DNA of 38,466 nt from Clostridiales bacterium (GCA_003343815.1 QAKL01000101.1:1-38466); one strand, 5' to 3'; numbered from the stretch's first letter, positions 16,394-26,000 are shown. A program made the numbers and translations. The notes: generated by a model from the sequence alone, not told the origin.

Positions 16394-16400
16394 GGGGGGG
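16392..16400 (+). repeat. G9 homopolymer tract, 5 nt upstream of ATG 16406
   Basis: The sequence cGGGGGGGGGtaaaaATG is read directly from the window. Confidence 0.9.
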
Positions 16401-16405
16401 TAAAA

Positions 16406-16783
16406 ATGTATTATTACAATGATAAAAATAATGAATTATATCACTACGGTGTCAAAGGGATGCGTTGGGGCGTAAGAAAACATAGGGACTCTGCTTCCTC
16501 ACAAACACGCGCTCAAAGAAAAAGCGAAAAACAGGCGTATAAACAAAAATTAAAAGCTGATGTCCGTATGAATAAAAAGGGCATGATCGCGAAAACACAG
16601 GATTTTGACGTAACGACGGGACGAGCTGTCAAAGGCAGTGAGCGCTACTATAATACAATGACCGGTGAAGAATACAGCAAGGCGTATATTAAAAAGGTGA
16701 ATAAAAAAACAGCAGTATCTCAATTAAGCAAAGTCGGTATTGCAACCGGGGCATATGTAACCGCACGCTATTTAGCACATTAG
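16406..16783 (+). CDS. HYGVKGMRWG-leader small protein
   Basis: MYYYNDKNNELYHYGVKGMRWGVRKH is followed by a Lys-rich middle and a C-terminal hydrophobic segment, VGIATGAYVTARYL. Confidence 0.55.
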   Translation: MYYYNDKNNELYHYGVKGMRWGVRKHRDSASSQTRAQRKSEKQAYKQKLKADVRMNKKGMIAKTQDFDVTTGRAVKGSERYYNTMTGEEYSKAYIKKVNKKTAVSQLSKVGIATGAYVTARYLAH

Positions 16784-16801
16784 ATGAGGTGAAAATTCAA
16801 A

Positions 16802-18046
16802 ATGGATTTGATGAACAGGGCAAAAAATGCCTGGAATGTATTTATGAATAAGGATCCCACCCAATCATGGCATGATTATGGGATGAGCTACAGCTATCGA
16901 CCGGATAGGCCGAGGTTTACCGGCGGTAATGCGCGGACGATGGCGACACCTATTTATAATCGGATTGCAATGGACGCAGCGGCTGTGAATATCCGCCATG
17001 TGCTGCTGGATGAAAACGGGCGGTATAAAGAGGACGTGGAGTCGGGGCTGAATAACTGTCTGAAGCTGGAGGCAAATATTGATCAAAGTGCGCGCGCCTT
17101 TATCCAAGATGTGGTGATGAGTCTTTTGGATGAGGGATGTGTGGCGATCGTGCCGATAGATACTGATCGTAATCGGCTGACAGGTGAGGTGAAAGAGATA
17201 TTCACGCTGCGGACGGGAAAGATCGTCCAGTGGTATCCGGAACACATCAAGGTGAGCGTCTATAATGACCGCACGGGGCAAAGGGAAGAAGTCATCGTCT
17301 CGAAACGAAGTGCGGCAGTCATCGAAAATCCGCTCTATGCAGTGATCAACGAGAAAAACTCGACTATGCAGAGATTAATCAGAAAATTAAGTCTATTAGA
17401 CGCGGTGGACGAGGAAAACAGTGCGGGGAAATTTAATATGATCATCCAACTGCCGTATGCAGTGAAAACAGAGACGAGACGCAATCAAGCGGAGCGCAGG
17501 CGCAAGGATATGGAGGAACAGCTCAAGCAGTCGAAATACGGGATCGCTTATGTAGACGCGACAGAGAAGATAACGCAGCTGAATCGACCGCTCGAAAACT
17601 CGCTGAATGCTCAGGTAGAGTATCTGACAAATAAGCTTTACGGCGAGCTGGGGATGACGCTAAGCATTCTCGACGGAACGGCGGATGAAAAGACAATGCT
17701 GAATTATTATTCGCGGACGATCGAGCCGATTGTCAGTGAGATCGCAATCGGGATGAAAAGAGTGTTTCTAACTCAAGCGCAGCGTGAGAATCATGAGTCG
17801 ATCGAGGTTTATCGTGATCCGTTTAAACTGGTGCCGGTGAATAATATTGCCGAGATCGCCGATAAGTTTACGAGAAATGAGATTATGACTTCGAATGAGA
17901 TCCGTCAGGTCATCGGGATGAAGCCGTCGGATGATCCGAAAGCGGATGAGCTCCGCAACAGCAATATCAGCGCGTCTAAGGAAGAAATGCAGTATATGTA
18001 TGACGATGACGGCTATGAGGAGGGAGAAAATCAAAATGGATGGTAA
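16802..18046 (+). CDS. Portal protein
   Basis: The 414-aa product lies between terL and the protease-capsid gene and has an acidic C-terminal tail. The call rests on position and size. The portal family was not identified. Confidence 0.65.
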   Translation: MDLMNRAKNAWNVFMNKDPTQSWHDYGMSYSYRPDRPRFTGGNARTMATPIYNRIAMDAAAVNIRHVLLDENGRYKEDVESGLNNCLKLEANIDQSARAFIQDVVMSLLDEGCVAIVPIDTDRNRLTGEVKEIFTLRTGKIVQWYPEHIKVSVYNDRTGQREEVIVSKRSAAVIENPLYAVINEKNSTMQRLIRKLSLLDAVDEENSAGKFNMIIQLPYAVKTETRRNQAERRRKDMEEQLKQSKYGIAYVDATEKITQLNRPLENSLNAQVEYLTNKLYGELGMTLSILDGTADEKTMLNYYSRTIEPIVSEIAIGMKRVFLTQAQRENHESIEVYRDPFKLVPVNNIAEIADKFTRNEIMTSNEIRQVIGMKPSDDPKADELRNSNISASKEEMQYMYDDDGYEEGENQNGW

Positions 18047-19763
18047 CAAATATGATTTTAGCGGCTGGGCAACGAGAAATGATTTGCGCTGCTCGGACGG
18101 TAGGGTAATCATGCGTGACGCTTTTAAGGAAAATAACGGCAAAGTGGTGCCGCTAGTCTGGAATCATCAGCATAATGAGGCATTTAATGTGCTGGGGCAC
18201 GCTCTTTTAGAGAACAGACCCGAAGGAGTGTATGCCTATGGTACATTTAATGATACAGAGGTGGGCAGACATGCCAAAGAGATGGTGAAAAACGGCGATG
18301 TGTCGGCACTGTCTATTTATGCAAATGGGTTAAAGCAGCAGGGTAGTAATGTCCAGCACGGAACGATCCGCGAGGTAAGCTTGGTCTTAGCCGGGGCAAA
18401 TCCGGGAGCATTTATCGACACGGTGATGAGCCACCGCGAGGAGAATGAGGAAGAGGCAGTTATCTATACCGGCGAAAGACTGGAACTGTATCATGCGGAT
18501 GGGGCAGGAAACAATAATCTCAAGGAGGATAAGCAAATGGCAGGAGAAAGCGATAAAACTGTAGAGGATGTCATCAATTCGATGAATGAAGAGCAGAAAA
18601 ATGTAATGTATGCTTTGATCGGGCAGATCATGGAGGATGCAGGAATTGAAATTGACGAGGAGAGTGGGGAAATGAAACACAATTTATTTGACGGTGAAAC
18701 TATGCAGGATGAGGGTGAATTTTTAAGCCATGCGGAGATGGAGGCGGTAATTAACGACGCGAAGAGATATGGGTCTCTGAAAGAAAGCGCTCTGGCGCAC
18801 GGGATCGAGCAGATTGATTATTTGTTCCCGGAGGCGCAAAGCTTGAATACGCCGCCGTCCTTTATCCAAAGAGATATGGGCTGGGTCGGTAAGTTTATGA
18901 ATGCAGTGCATCATACGCCGTTTAGCCGTATCAAATCGACTTTCGCCGATATCACCGAGGATGATGCAAGAGCAAGAGGCTATATCAAAGGTAAACAGAA
19001 AAAGGATGAGGTATTCAGTCTTTTGAAAAGAACGACCAGTCCAACTACGATTTATAAGAAACAAAAGCTGGATCGCGACGATGTGATCGACATTACCGAT
19101 TTTGATGTGGTGAGCTGGCTTAAAGGTGAAATGCGCATGATGTTAGACGAGGAAATTGCCAGAGCTGCATTGGTCGGAGATGGCAGATTGTCCTCCAGTG
19201 ATGATAAAATTAACGAAAGCAATGTGCGCCCGATCTGGACTGATGAAGATTTGTACACAATTAAAGCAGCAATAGGTACGGCTAAGGATGCGAGCAGTGC
19301 GGAGAAAGCTAAGGCGTTTATCAGATGTGCGATTAAATCTCGTAAAGATTATAAAGGTACGGGTGAGCCGACACTGTACACTACCGAGGATATGCTGACC
19401 GAAATGCTTTTATTAGAAGATACTACGGGGCGTACAATTTACGACAGTGTAGAGAAATTGAGAACGGTGCTGCGCGTGAAAGAAATTGTGACAGTATCTG
19501 TCATGGAGGGATTGAGCCGCGAGGATAAAAGCGGTAATAATTGCGCATTGCTGGGTATCGTCGTTAATCCTGCGGACTACAACATCGGTGCTGATAAAGG
19601 CGGAGCGGTGAATATGTTTGATGATTTCGACATCGACTACAACGCGCAGAAGTATTTGATCGAGACTAGAATCAGCGGTGCTTTGATCAAACCGTACAGT
19701 GCAATTGCGATCGAGGATAAGCAGGCGAAGAGTGCTGTAAGCGATCCTGTGGAGAACCAGTAA
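18036..19763 (+). CDS. HK97-type prohead protease fused to major capsid protein
   Basis: ATG 18036 follows GAGGAGGGAG. The N-terminus FSGWATRNDLRCSDGRVIMRDAF...VPLVWNHQH...GDVSALSIYA is S78-protease-like. An acidic linker follows. The C-terminal ~330 aa are capsid-like (DYLFPEAQ...ALVGDG...IVVNPADYNIGADKGG). Confidence 0.7.
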   Translation: MDGNKYDFSGWATRNDLRCSDGRVIMRDAFKENNGKVVPLVWNHQHNEAFNVLGHALLENRPEGVYAYGTFNDTEVGRHAKEMVKNGDVSALSIYANGLKQQGSNVQHGTIREVSLVLAGANPGAFIDTVMSHREENEEEAVIYTGERLELYHADGAGNNNLKEDKQMAGESDKTVEDVINSMNEEQKNVMYALIGQIMEDAGIEIDEESGEMKHNLFDGETMQDEGEFLSHAEMEAVINDAKRYGSLKESALAHGIEQIDYLFPEAQSLNTPPSFIQRDMGWVGKFMNAVHHTPFSRIKSTFADITEDDARARGYIKGKQKKDEVFSLLKRTTSPTTIYKKQKLDRDDVIDITDFDVVSWLKGEMRMMLDEEIARAALVGDGRLSSSDDKINESNVRPIWTDEDLYTIKAAIGTAKDASSAEKAKAFIRCAIKSRKDYKGTGEPTLYTTEDMLTEMLLLEDTTGRTIYDSVEKLRTVLRVKEIVTVSVMEGLSREDKSGNNCALLGIVVNPADYNIGADKGGAVNMFDDFDIDYNAQKYLIETRISGALIKPYSAIAIEDKQAKSAVSDPVENQ

Positions 19764-19781
19764 TAGGGAGAAAAATTCAGA

Positions 19782-20096
19782 ATGGCAAAATATTGCGGAA
19801 AAATCGGCTACGCTGTGAGCGAAGAAACAAGCCCGGGGGTATGGGAAGAGAAAATCACCGAGCGAGAGTATTATGGGGAACTCATAAAAAACACCAGAAA
19901 GCTCGCGAGTGGGGAAAATCTGAATGATGATATTACTGTGGCAAATGATGTGAGCATCGTAGCCGATCCGTTTGCCATGGAGCATTTTTATCAAATACGC
20001 TATGCCGTGCTTTACAGCGTCAAATGGAAAGTAAGCGATGTCGAAGTCAAAAGTCCGCGACTGATTCTCAGACTGGGAGGCGTGTATAATGGATAG
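19782..20096 (+). CDS. Head closure/connector-like protein (putative)
   Basis: The product is 104 aa and lies directly after the capsid gene. FYQIRYAVLYSVKWKVSDVEV has a head-closure-like pattern. Confidence 0.4.
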   Translation: MAKYCGKIGYAVSEETSPGVWEEKITEREYYGELIKNTRKLASGENLNDDITVANDVSIVADPFAMEHFYQIRYAVLYSVKWKVSDVEVKSPRLILRLGGVYNG

Positions 20097-20394
20097 ACGA
20101 TTGAAACTGCATGAGGTGCTGTGTGAAACTTTAGAAAGCAGAAATGTCTACTATCAGCCGCCGAATGGACTCGTGATGAAATATCCGGCGATCGTCTATA
20201 AGCGGGAAGAGATAAAAAATACTTACGCTGACGGAGGGGTATATCGCAAGGATACGGGATATATGGCTACGGTGATCGACAAAAATCCGGATAGCGAAAT
20301 TGTACAAAGAATGAGCGAATTGCCGTTTTGCCGATATGTGCGGCACTATGCGGCGGATAATCTAAATCATGATGTGTTTATCATTTATTATTAA
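20089..20394 (+). CDS. Tail completion/terminator-like protein (putative)
   Basis: The product is 101 aa and lies just upstream of the major tail protein. The call is positional. Confidence 0.35.
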   Translation: MDRRLKLHEVLCETLESRNVYYQPPNGLVMKYPAIVYKREEIKNTYADGGVYRKDTGYMATVIDKNPDSEIVQRMSELPFCRYVRHYAADNLNHDVFIIYY

Positions 20395-20409
20395 AGGGGG
20401 AAATGAAAG

Positions 20410-21063
20410 ATGCCGAAATTAGAATGGGATAAAACCGGGGAGCGCTTTTACGAAACCGGCGTGGAAAAAGGCGTGCTGTATCCGATGGTGAGCGGAGCCT
20501 ATCCGAAAGGTGTAGCGTGGAATGGTTTGACTGCGGTTAATGAAAAGCCGACGGGCGCCGAGCCGACTGCTCTCTGGGCGGATAATACTAAATATTTAAA
20601 TTTAATCAGTAATGAAGAATTTGAGGCGGGTATCGAGGCGTATACCTATCCTGATGAATTTAAAGAGTGCGACGGTTCAAAAGAGATTGCAGTCGGTGTA
20701 TCTATCGGTCAGCAGGCAAGAAAGATGTTTGGTCTGAGCTATGTGACAAAAATCGGCAACGATGTGGAGCTGAGCGAACATGGCTACAAAATCCATTTGA
20801 TTTATGGGGCAACTGCCAGCCCAAGTGAAAAGGGATATAGCACGATCAATGACTCACCGGATGCGATTACTTTCTCGTGGGATGTGGCAACTACTCCTGT
20901 GAATGCGGCGGGGCATAAACCGACGGCTAGTCTGGAAATCGACAGTACCAAAGTAGACGCTACTAAACTGGCGGCGTTTGAAAAAGTGCTTTACGGTGAT
21001 GGCGATACAGAGGCAAGACTACCGCTGCCGGATGAGATCGCAGAAATGTTTAAGAGTGAATAA
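20410..21063 (+). CDS. Major tail (tube) protein
   Basis: GERFYETGVEKGVLYP...GVAWNGLTAVNEKPTGAEPTALWADNTKY...EAYTYPDEFKECDG is a well-known Firmicutes siphovirus tube-protein pattern. A terminator follows. Confidence 0.8.
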   Translation: MPKLEWDKTGERFYETGVEKGVLYPMVSGAYPKGVAWNGLTAVNEKPTGAEPTALWADNTKYLNLISNEEFEAGIEAYTYPDEFKECDGSKEIAVGVSIGQQARKMFGLSYVTKIGNDVELSEHGYKIHLIYGATASPSEKGYSTINDSPDAITFSWDVATTPVNAAGHKPTASLEIDSTKVDATKLAAFEKVLYGDGDTEARLPLPDEIAEMFKSE

Positions 21064-21070
21064 TTTTTAA

Positions 21071-21096
21071 GGGACGGCTACGGCTGTCCCTCTTTT
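21071..21096 (+). terminator. Rho-independent terminator after the major tail gene
   Basis: GGGACGGC-tacg-GCTGTCCC forms an 8-bp stem with one G-U pair, followed by TCTTTT. Confidence 0.55.
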
Positions 21097-21137
21097 AATA
21101 AAAAATTCAAAATGAAATAAGAAAAGGAGAGAATATC

Positions 21138-21503
21138 ATGCGTGTAGAGACGATTAAATATGCGGATTATGATGGTAAAGAAAGATGCGAGGATTTTTAC
21201 TTTAATCTGAATAAGGCGGAGTTAGCCGAGATGCAGCTAAGCGGTAACGGCGATATGGCAAAAACGCTTAGCGAGGCTATCGAGAAAAATGATATGCCGA
21301 CATTGGTGAAATTCTTAAAGACGCTGGTGTTGAAAAGCTACGGCGTAAAGAGCGAAGATGGTCGCAGATTTATCAAATCAGAAAAACTGAGCGAGGAGTT
21401 TGCCCAGACAGAGGCATATGGCGAATTATTCTACAAATTGCTAAGCGACGGAGAGCATACGACAGCGTTTATCAATCAAGTAATCCCAAATGTAAGTGAG
21501 TAA
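21138..21503 (+). CDS. Tail assembly chaperone
   Basis: The product is 121 aa and acidic. It lies between the tube and tape-measure genes. FYFNLNKAELAEMQL is TAC-like. Confidence 0.55.
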   Translation: MRVETIKYADYDGKERCEDFYFNLNKAELAEMQLSGNGDMAKTLSEAIEKNDMPTLVKFLKTLVLKSYGVKSEDGRRFIKSEKLSEEFAQTEAYGELFYKLLSDGEHTTAFINQVIPNVSE

Positions 21504-21527
21504 AATGACATAAAGGAGGCAGGGAGA

Positions 21528-22070
21528 ATGCTCGAAATCAATATTGCCCCAATAGAGCTGTGGGATGAAAAGAACGAGGAGTTTATCCAAATTAAAGGCG
21601 GGAAATTGGTGCTGGAGCATTCTCTGGTCTCTATGAGCAAATGGGAAGCGAAATGGATGAAGCCGTTTCTCTCAAGTAAGGAAAAAACGATAGAAGAAAC
21701 GATTGATTATGTCCGTTTTATGACCGTGAGCAAAAATGTGGATGAAAGAGTATATGAGTATTTAAGCGATGAAAACATCCGCGCGATCAATGAGTACATA
21801 AACCAGCCGATGACGGCGACATGGTTTCATGAGGAAAAAGGCGGCGGGAAGTCGAATGAGCAGATCACCAGTGAATTGGTGTATTATTGGATGATTTGCT
21901 TTAATATCCCGTTTGAGTGTCAGAAATGGCATTTTAACCGCTTGATGACTTTAATCAGAGTGTGTGAAGAGAAAAATAAGCCACCGAAAAAGATGAGCAA
22001 GAAAGAAATCATGGCGCGCAATAACCGGCTGAATGACGAGCGCCGCAAGAAACTGGGGACGAAAGGGTGA
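21528..22070 (+). CDS. Conserved phage protein in the second chaperone position
   Basis: LEHSLVSMSKWEAKWMKPFL...MTATWF...YYWMICFNIPFECQKWHFNRLMTLIRVC is remembered from Firmicutes phages upstream of the TMP. It is a separate ORF. No slippery frameshift site was seen. Confidence 0.45.
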   Translation: MLEINIAPIELWDEKNEEFIQIKGGKLVLEHSLVSMSKWEAKWMKPFLSSKEKTIEETIDYVRFMTVSKNVDERVYEYLSDENIRAINEYINQPMTATWFHEEKGGGKSNEQITSELVYYWMICFNIPFECQKWHFNRLMTLIRVCEEKNKPPKKMSKKEIMARNNRLNDERRKKLGTKG

Positions 22071-22075
22071 TAGAA

Positions 22076-22675
22076 ATGCGCTATGGGTATCCGTTTAGGG
22101 GAAAATTCAAAATGACTTGCGCTTTTGGTAAAAAAGGAAATTGGCACTGCGGCTGGCATACAGGAGTAGACATCGTGGGAATAGACGACAAGTCAGTCTG
22201 TGCGATAGCCGACGGGGTGGTCGAAAGTATTAATGCACACGGAAGCTCATATGGGAATCATATTTGTATCCGTCATACTGATGGGATGATGAGCCTCTAT
22301 GCTCATTTGGCAAGTGTAAAGGTGAAAGCAGGCGCTAAGGTGTGTATGGGTGAGGTAATCGGGATTATGGGCAAAAGCGGTAATGCAAGTGGCGAGCATT
22401 TGCATTTAGAGCTGCATACTGGAAAATATAGTTATCCAGCAAAAGGCAGTACAGCGGATAAGGTAAAAAGTCCAATCGACGGCTATGCATGGATCGAAGA
22501 TCATATCGGGAGGGATGAGGATATGAATAGCACAAACGAAAACGAGCCAAGCGCGTGGGCATGCGAGGCGTGGGGGTGGGCGAAGAAAGAAAAGCTGATG
22601 GACGGTACACGTCCAAAGTCAAGTTTAACGCGCGAGGAACTGGCAGTAATTTTAATGCGGTTAAGTAAGCGGTGA
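22076..22675 (+). CDS. M23 (LytM) metallopeptidase with one C-terminal SLH-like segment
   Basis: GWHTGVDI supplies HxxxD and GEHLHLELH supplies HxH. The C-terminus SAWACEAWGWAKKEKLMDGTRPKSSLTREELAVILMRL looks SLH-like. ATG 22076 follows GAAAGGG. Confidence 0.75.
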   Translation: MRYGYPFRGKFKMTCAFGKKGNWHCGWHTGVDIVGIDDKSVCAIADGVVESINAHGSSYGNHICIRHTDGMMSLYAHLASVKVKAGAKVCMGEVIGIMGKSGNASGEHLHLELHTGKYSYPAKGSTADKVKSPIDGYAWIEDHIGRDEDMNSTNENEPSAWACEAWGWAKKEKLMDGTRPKSSLTREELAVILMRLSKR

Positions 22676-22679
22676 TGAG

Positions 22680-23060
22680 ATGAAGATCGTATTTCACGAA
22701 AAGGGCGATTTTTCAAAGTTGGAAAAATTTTTATTAAAAGTTAAAGGGTATACGCACGCTTTGGATTTGGACAGCTACGGACGGGACGGAGTAGAGGCGC
22801 TTAAGGCGGCAACGCCTGTCGATAGTGGAAAAACGCGCGAAAGCTGGTACTATGAGATCGTGGAGGAGAAAGGGCGGACAAGCATTCGCTTTTTAAACTC
22901 GAATATTCAAAATGGTGTGCCGATTGCGATTATTTTGCAGTATGGACACGCGACAAGAAACGGCGGCTGGGTCGAGGGGCAAGACTATATTAACCCGGCT
23001 GTTGCACCGATATTTGACCGTTTAGCCTATGAGGCATGGAGGGAGGTAGAGAAATTGTGA
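22680..23060 (+). CDS. HK97 gp10-family head-tail protein
   Basis: GVEALKAATPVDSGKTRESW...IAIILQYGHATRNG matches the gp10 family pattern (tP.dtG.l..sw ... eyG). Confidence 0.6.
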   Translation: MKIVFHEKGDFSKLEKFLLKVKGYTHALDLDSYGRDGVEALKAATPVDSGKTRESWYYEIVEEKGRTSIRFLNSNIQNGVPIAIILQYGHATRNGGWVEGQDYINPAVAPIFDRLAYEAWREVEKL

Positions 23061-26000
23061 GTGAGGTAATTGATGAAAAAGTAGTCGAGATGCGCTTTGA
23101 TAATCGAGATTTTGAGGAAAATGCGGCAAAGAGTATGTCGACTATAGGCAAGCTGAAGCAGTCGCTCAATATGGATGGGGCGACGAAAGGACTGGAAAAT
23201 GTCGATAAGGCGGCGAAAAATATTGATTTATCCGGGGTGAGCAATGCTGCAGAAACGGTGCGGCTGAAATTTTCGGCGATGGAAGTGGTCGGAGTAACGG
23301 CGTTGGCGAACATTGCAAATCGAGCAATGTACACCGGCGAAAGCATGGTGAAAGCGCTGACGACAGACTCGGTCAAGGCAGGTCTTGCTGAGTACGAGAT
23401 GCAGATGAACTCGATCCAGACGATCATGGCAAATACCCAATCGAAAGGAACGACACTCAAAGATATCAATCAGACGCTGGATGAACTGAATACATACGCA
23501 GATTTAACTATTTACAATTTCTCGCAGATGACACGCAATATCGGTACCTTTACGGCAGCGGGCGTAGATCTGGATACCTCAGTATCAGCAATCAAAGGTA
23601 TTGCTAACTTGGCGGCAGTTTCGGGCTCGACTTCTCAGCAAGCAAGTTTAGGAATGTATCAGCTTTCGCAGGCAATCGCCGCGGGTACGGTGAAGCTGCA
23701 GGACTGGAACTCGGTCGTAAATGCCGGAATGGGCGGTGAGGTATTTCAAAATGCACTGAAAGATACGGCAAGAGTGCATGGGATAGCAATTGATGAGATC
23801 ATCCAAAAGGAGGGCAGTTTCCGCGAAAGTCTGCATACAGGGTGGCTGTCGAGCGAAATGCTGACGGAAACTTTAGCGAAGTTTACGGGTGATTTGAGCG
23901 AGGCTGAGCTGAAAGCAATCGGCTACACTGATGAGCAGACGGCGGCAATCCTCCAAATGGGGGTAACTGCGAACGAGGCAGCTACTAAGGTTAAAACTTT
24001 TTCTCAATTGGTAGATACGATCCAAGAGGCGGTAGGGAGCGGCTGGGCGCTAACATGGAGAACGGTTATTGGCGATTTTGAAGAGGCTAGGGAACTCTAT
24101 ACCGGAATCAATGATGTCATAAGCGGGATGATTAATAATTCGTCTGCTGCACGCAATGATATGCTCAAACTTTGGAAAGACATGGGCGGTAGAACGGCGC
24201 TGATAGAAAGTGCTAAGAATGCGTTCGAAGCGTTAGTAAAGGTGATCACTCCGATAAAAGAGGCGTTTCGCGAGATATTTCCCAAGACGACGGCGCTTAA
24301 TCTATATGTACTGACGATGCATTTGCGGGATTTCACCAAAGAGTTAGCGATAAGTGATGAAAGCGCGGAAAATCTCAAGAATACGTTTAAGGGGTTATTC
24401 TCTATTTTAGGTGTGATAAAAAAGGTTGCTGCTGGGTTATTGGGATTAATCAGTCCTGTCGTAAAAATTATGGCGAGCCTCGGGGCAATGGTGTTAAATG
24501 TCACGGGTAATATCGGCAATCTTTTGAGCGCACTCGGTGAAAAGTTTAACACTGAGGGATTGGAAAAGCTGAATGATTTTCTGGAAAGCGTGCATAAAAA
24601 GCTGGAAGAAATTTATCAAAGTATCAGCGGTGCGCGCAAGAGTGTGGGTGATACGATAAGCGAAACCGGGGAAAAAATCGAGAAAAGCAAAATCGGCGAA
24701 TGCTTAACGGCGATAGGATCGGCGATAAAGACTCTGGGGAGCGGGGTATTGAATGCCTTTTCTACGGCGCTTACTACTCTGACCAATGCTGTGAGTAATG
24801 CCGATTTTACAAATCTGACAGCGTTTATTAATGCGTTAGCCTTTGGAGGATTGTCTTCGGCGTTATATGCGTTTAGTGTAAATGGTATTTTGGATGATTT
24901 GCGCGATACACTGAAACTGTATCAAACGATATTAAACGCGAAAGCTTTATTGAATATTGCGAAGGCGATCGGAATTTTGGCGGCGTCGCTTTTGGTGATG
25001 TCCTTAATTGATACCGGTAAACTCGCAGGGACCGTAGCGGCAATGGGGGTATTATTTGCCGAGTTAGGATTAATGATAAAAGCATTTGCCGGTGGCGGAA
25101 ATCTCAAAGATGTGATCGCCGGGAATATCGCGCTATCGGGGGTAGCAGGGTCATTGGTGAGTATTGCTTCGGCAATGTTTATTTTAGCAATGGCTGTGAA
25201 ATCACTGGGAGAATTGGATTTCAAACAGTTAGCGGTAGGTGTAGCCGGGGTAGGCTCACTCATGGCAATGATGACGGCTACGGCTAAGGTCATGGCAAGC
25301 GGTGGTAAGACGGTCATCAAAGGTACTACGAGCATGGTGATATTTGCAGCGAGTGTAAAAGTGTTAGCCAGCGCGTGCAAAGATCTGGCGGCGATGAAAT
25401 TTGGCGAGATGACGAAAGGTCTCGTCGGCATGGGTGCGCTTTTAGCGGAGCTGTCAATATTTTTGAATAAAACGGGCGGACAGGTGAAACTGCTGGCTGT
25501 GAGTACGGCGATGGTCGGAATCGGCGTCTCGATGAAGATATTTGCTTCAAGCATGAGCGATTTAGGCGCATTAAGCTGGGGCGAAATTGCACGAGGACTT
25601 GCGGCGATGGCAGGAGCATTAGTCGCGATCACGGCGGCACTGAAACTGATGCCTAAGGGATCGCTTATCCAAGGGACGGAGCTTGTCGCTGTATCAGGAG
25701 CGCTAATAATATTAGCAGGTGCGCTCGACAGAATGGGCGGCATGAGCTGGGATGAAATCGGACATGGTCTGGTAGTATTAGGCGGTGCTTTAGCAATATT
25801 AGCCGTAGGTCTAAAGGCAATGCAAGGAACGATGGTCGGAGCGGCGGCGATGACTTTGGCGGCGGGTGCGGTGGGGACACTGGCACCGATGCTGGCTATT
25901 TTAGGTGCGATGAAGTTGGGGGCAATCGGCAAGAGTTTGGTTGCCTTAGGCGGTGCCTTTACGGTGCTGGGGGTGGCAGGAGCGGTATTAGGTCCTGTGA

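Noticed and set aside
5320-16483. DNA-level direct repeats at the three HYGVKGM-coding segments as possible recombination substrates
   Set aside because: My hand alignment gives only ~73-74% nucleotide identity, with the longest exact runs about 8-11 nt. The conservation is therefore at protein level, not recent DNA duplication, and is too short for efficient homologous recombination.
21138-22070. Programmed -1 frameshift (G/GT-type) between the two chaperone-position ORFs
   Set aside because: The ORFs are separated by a stop and a 24-nt gap, and the second has its own SD and ATG. No XXXYYYZ slippery heptamer was seen near the end of the first ORF.
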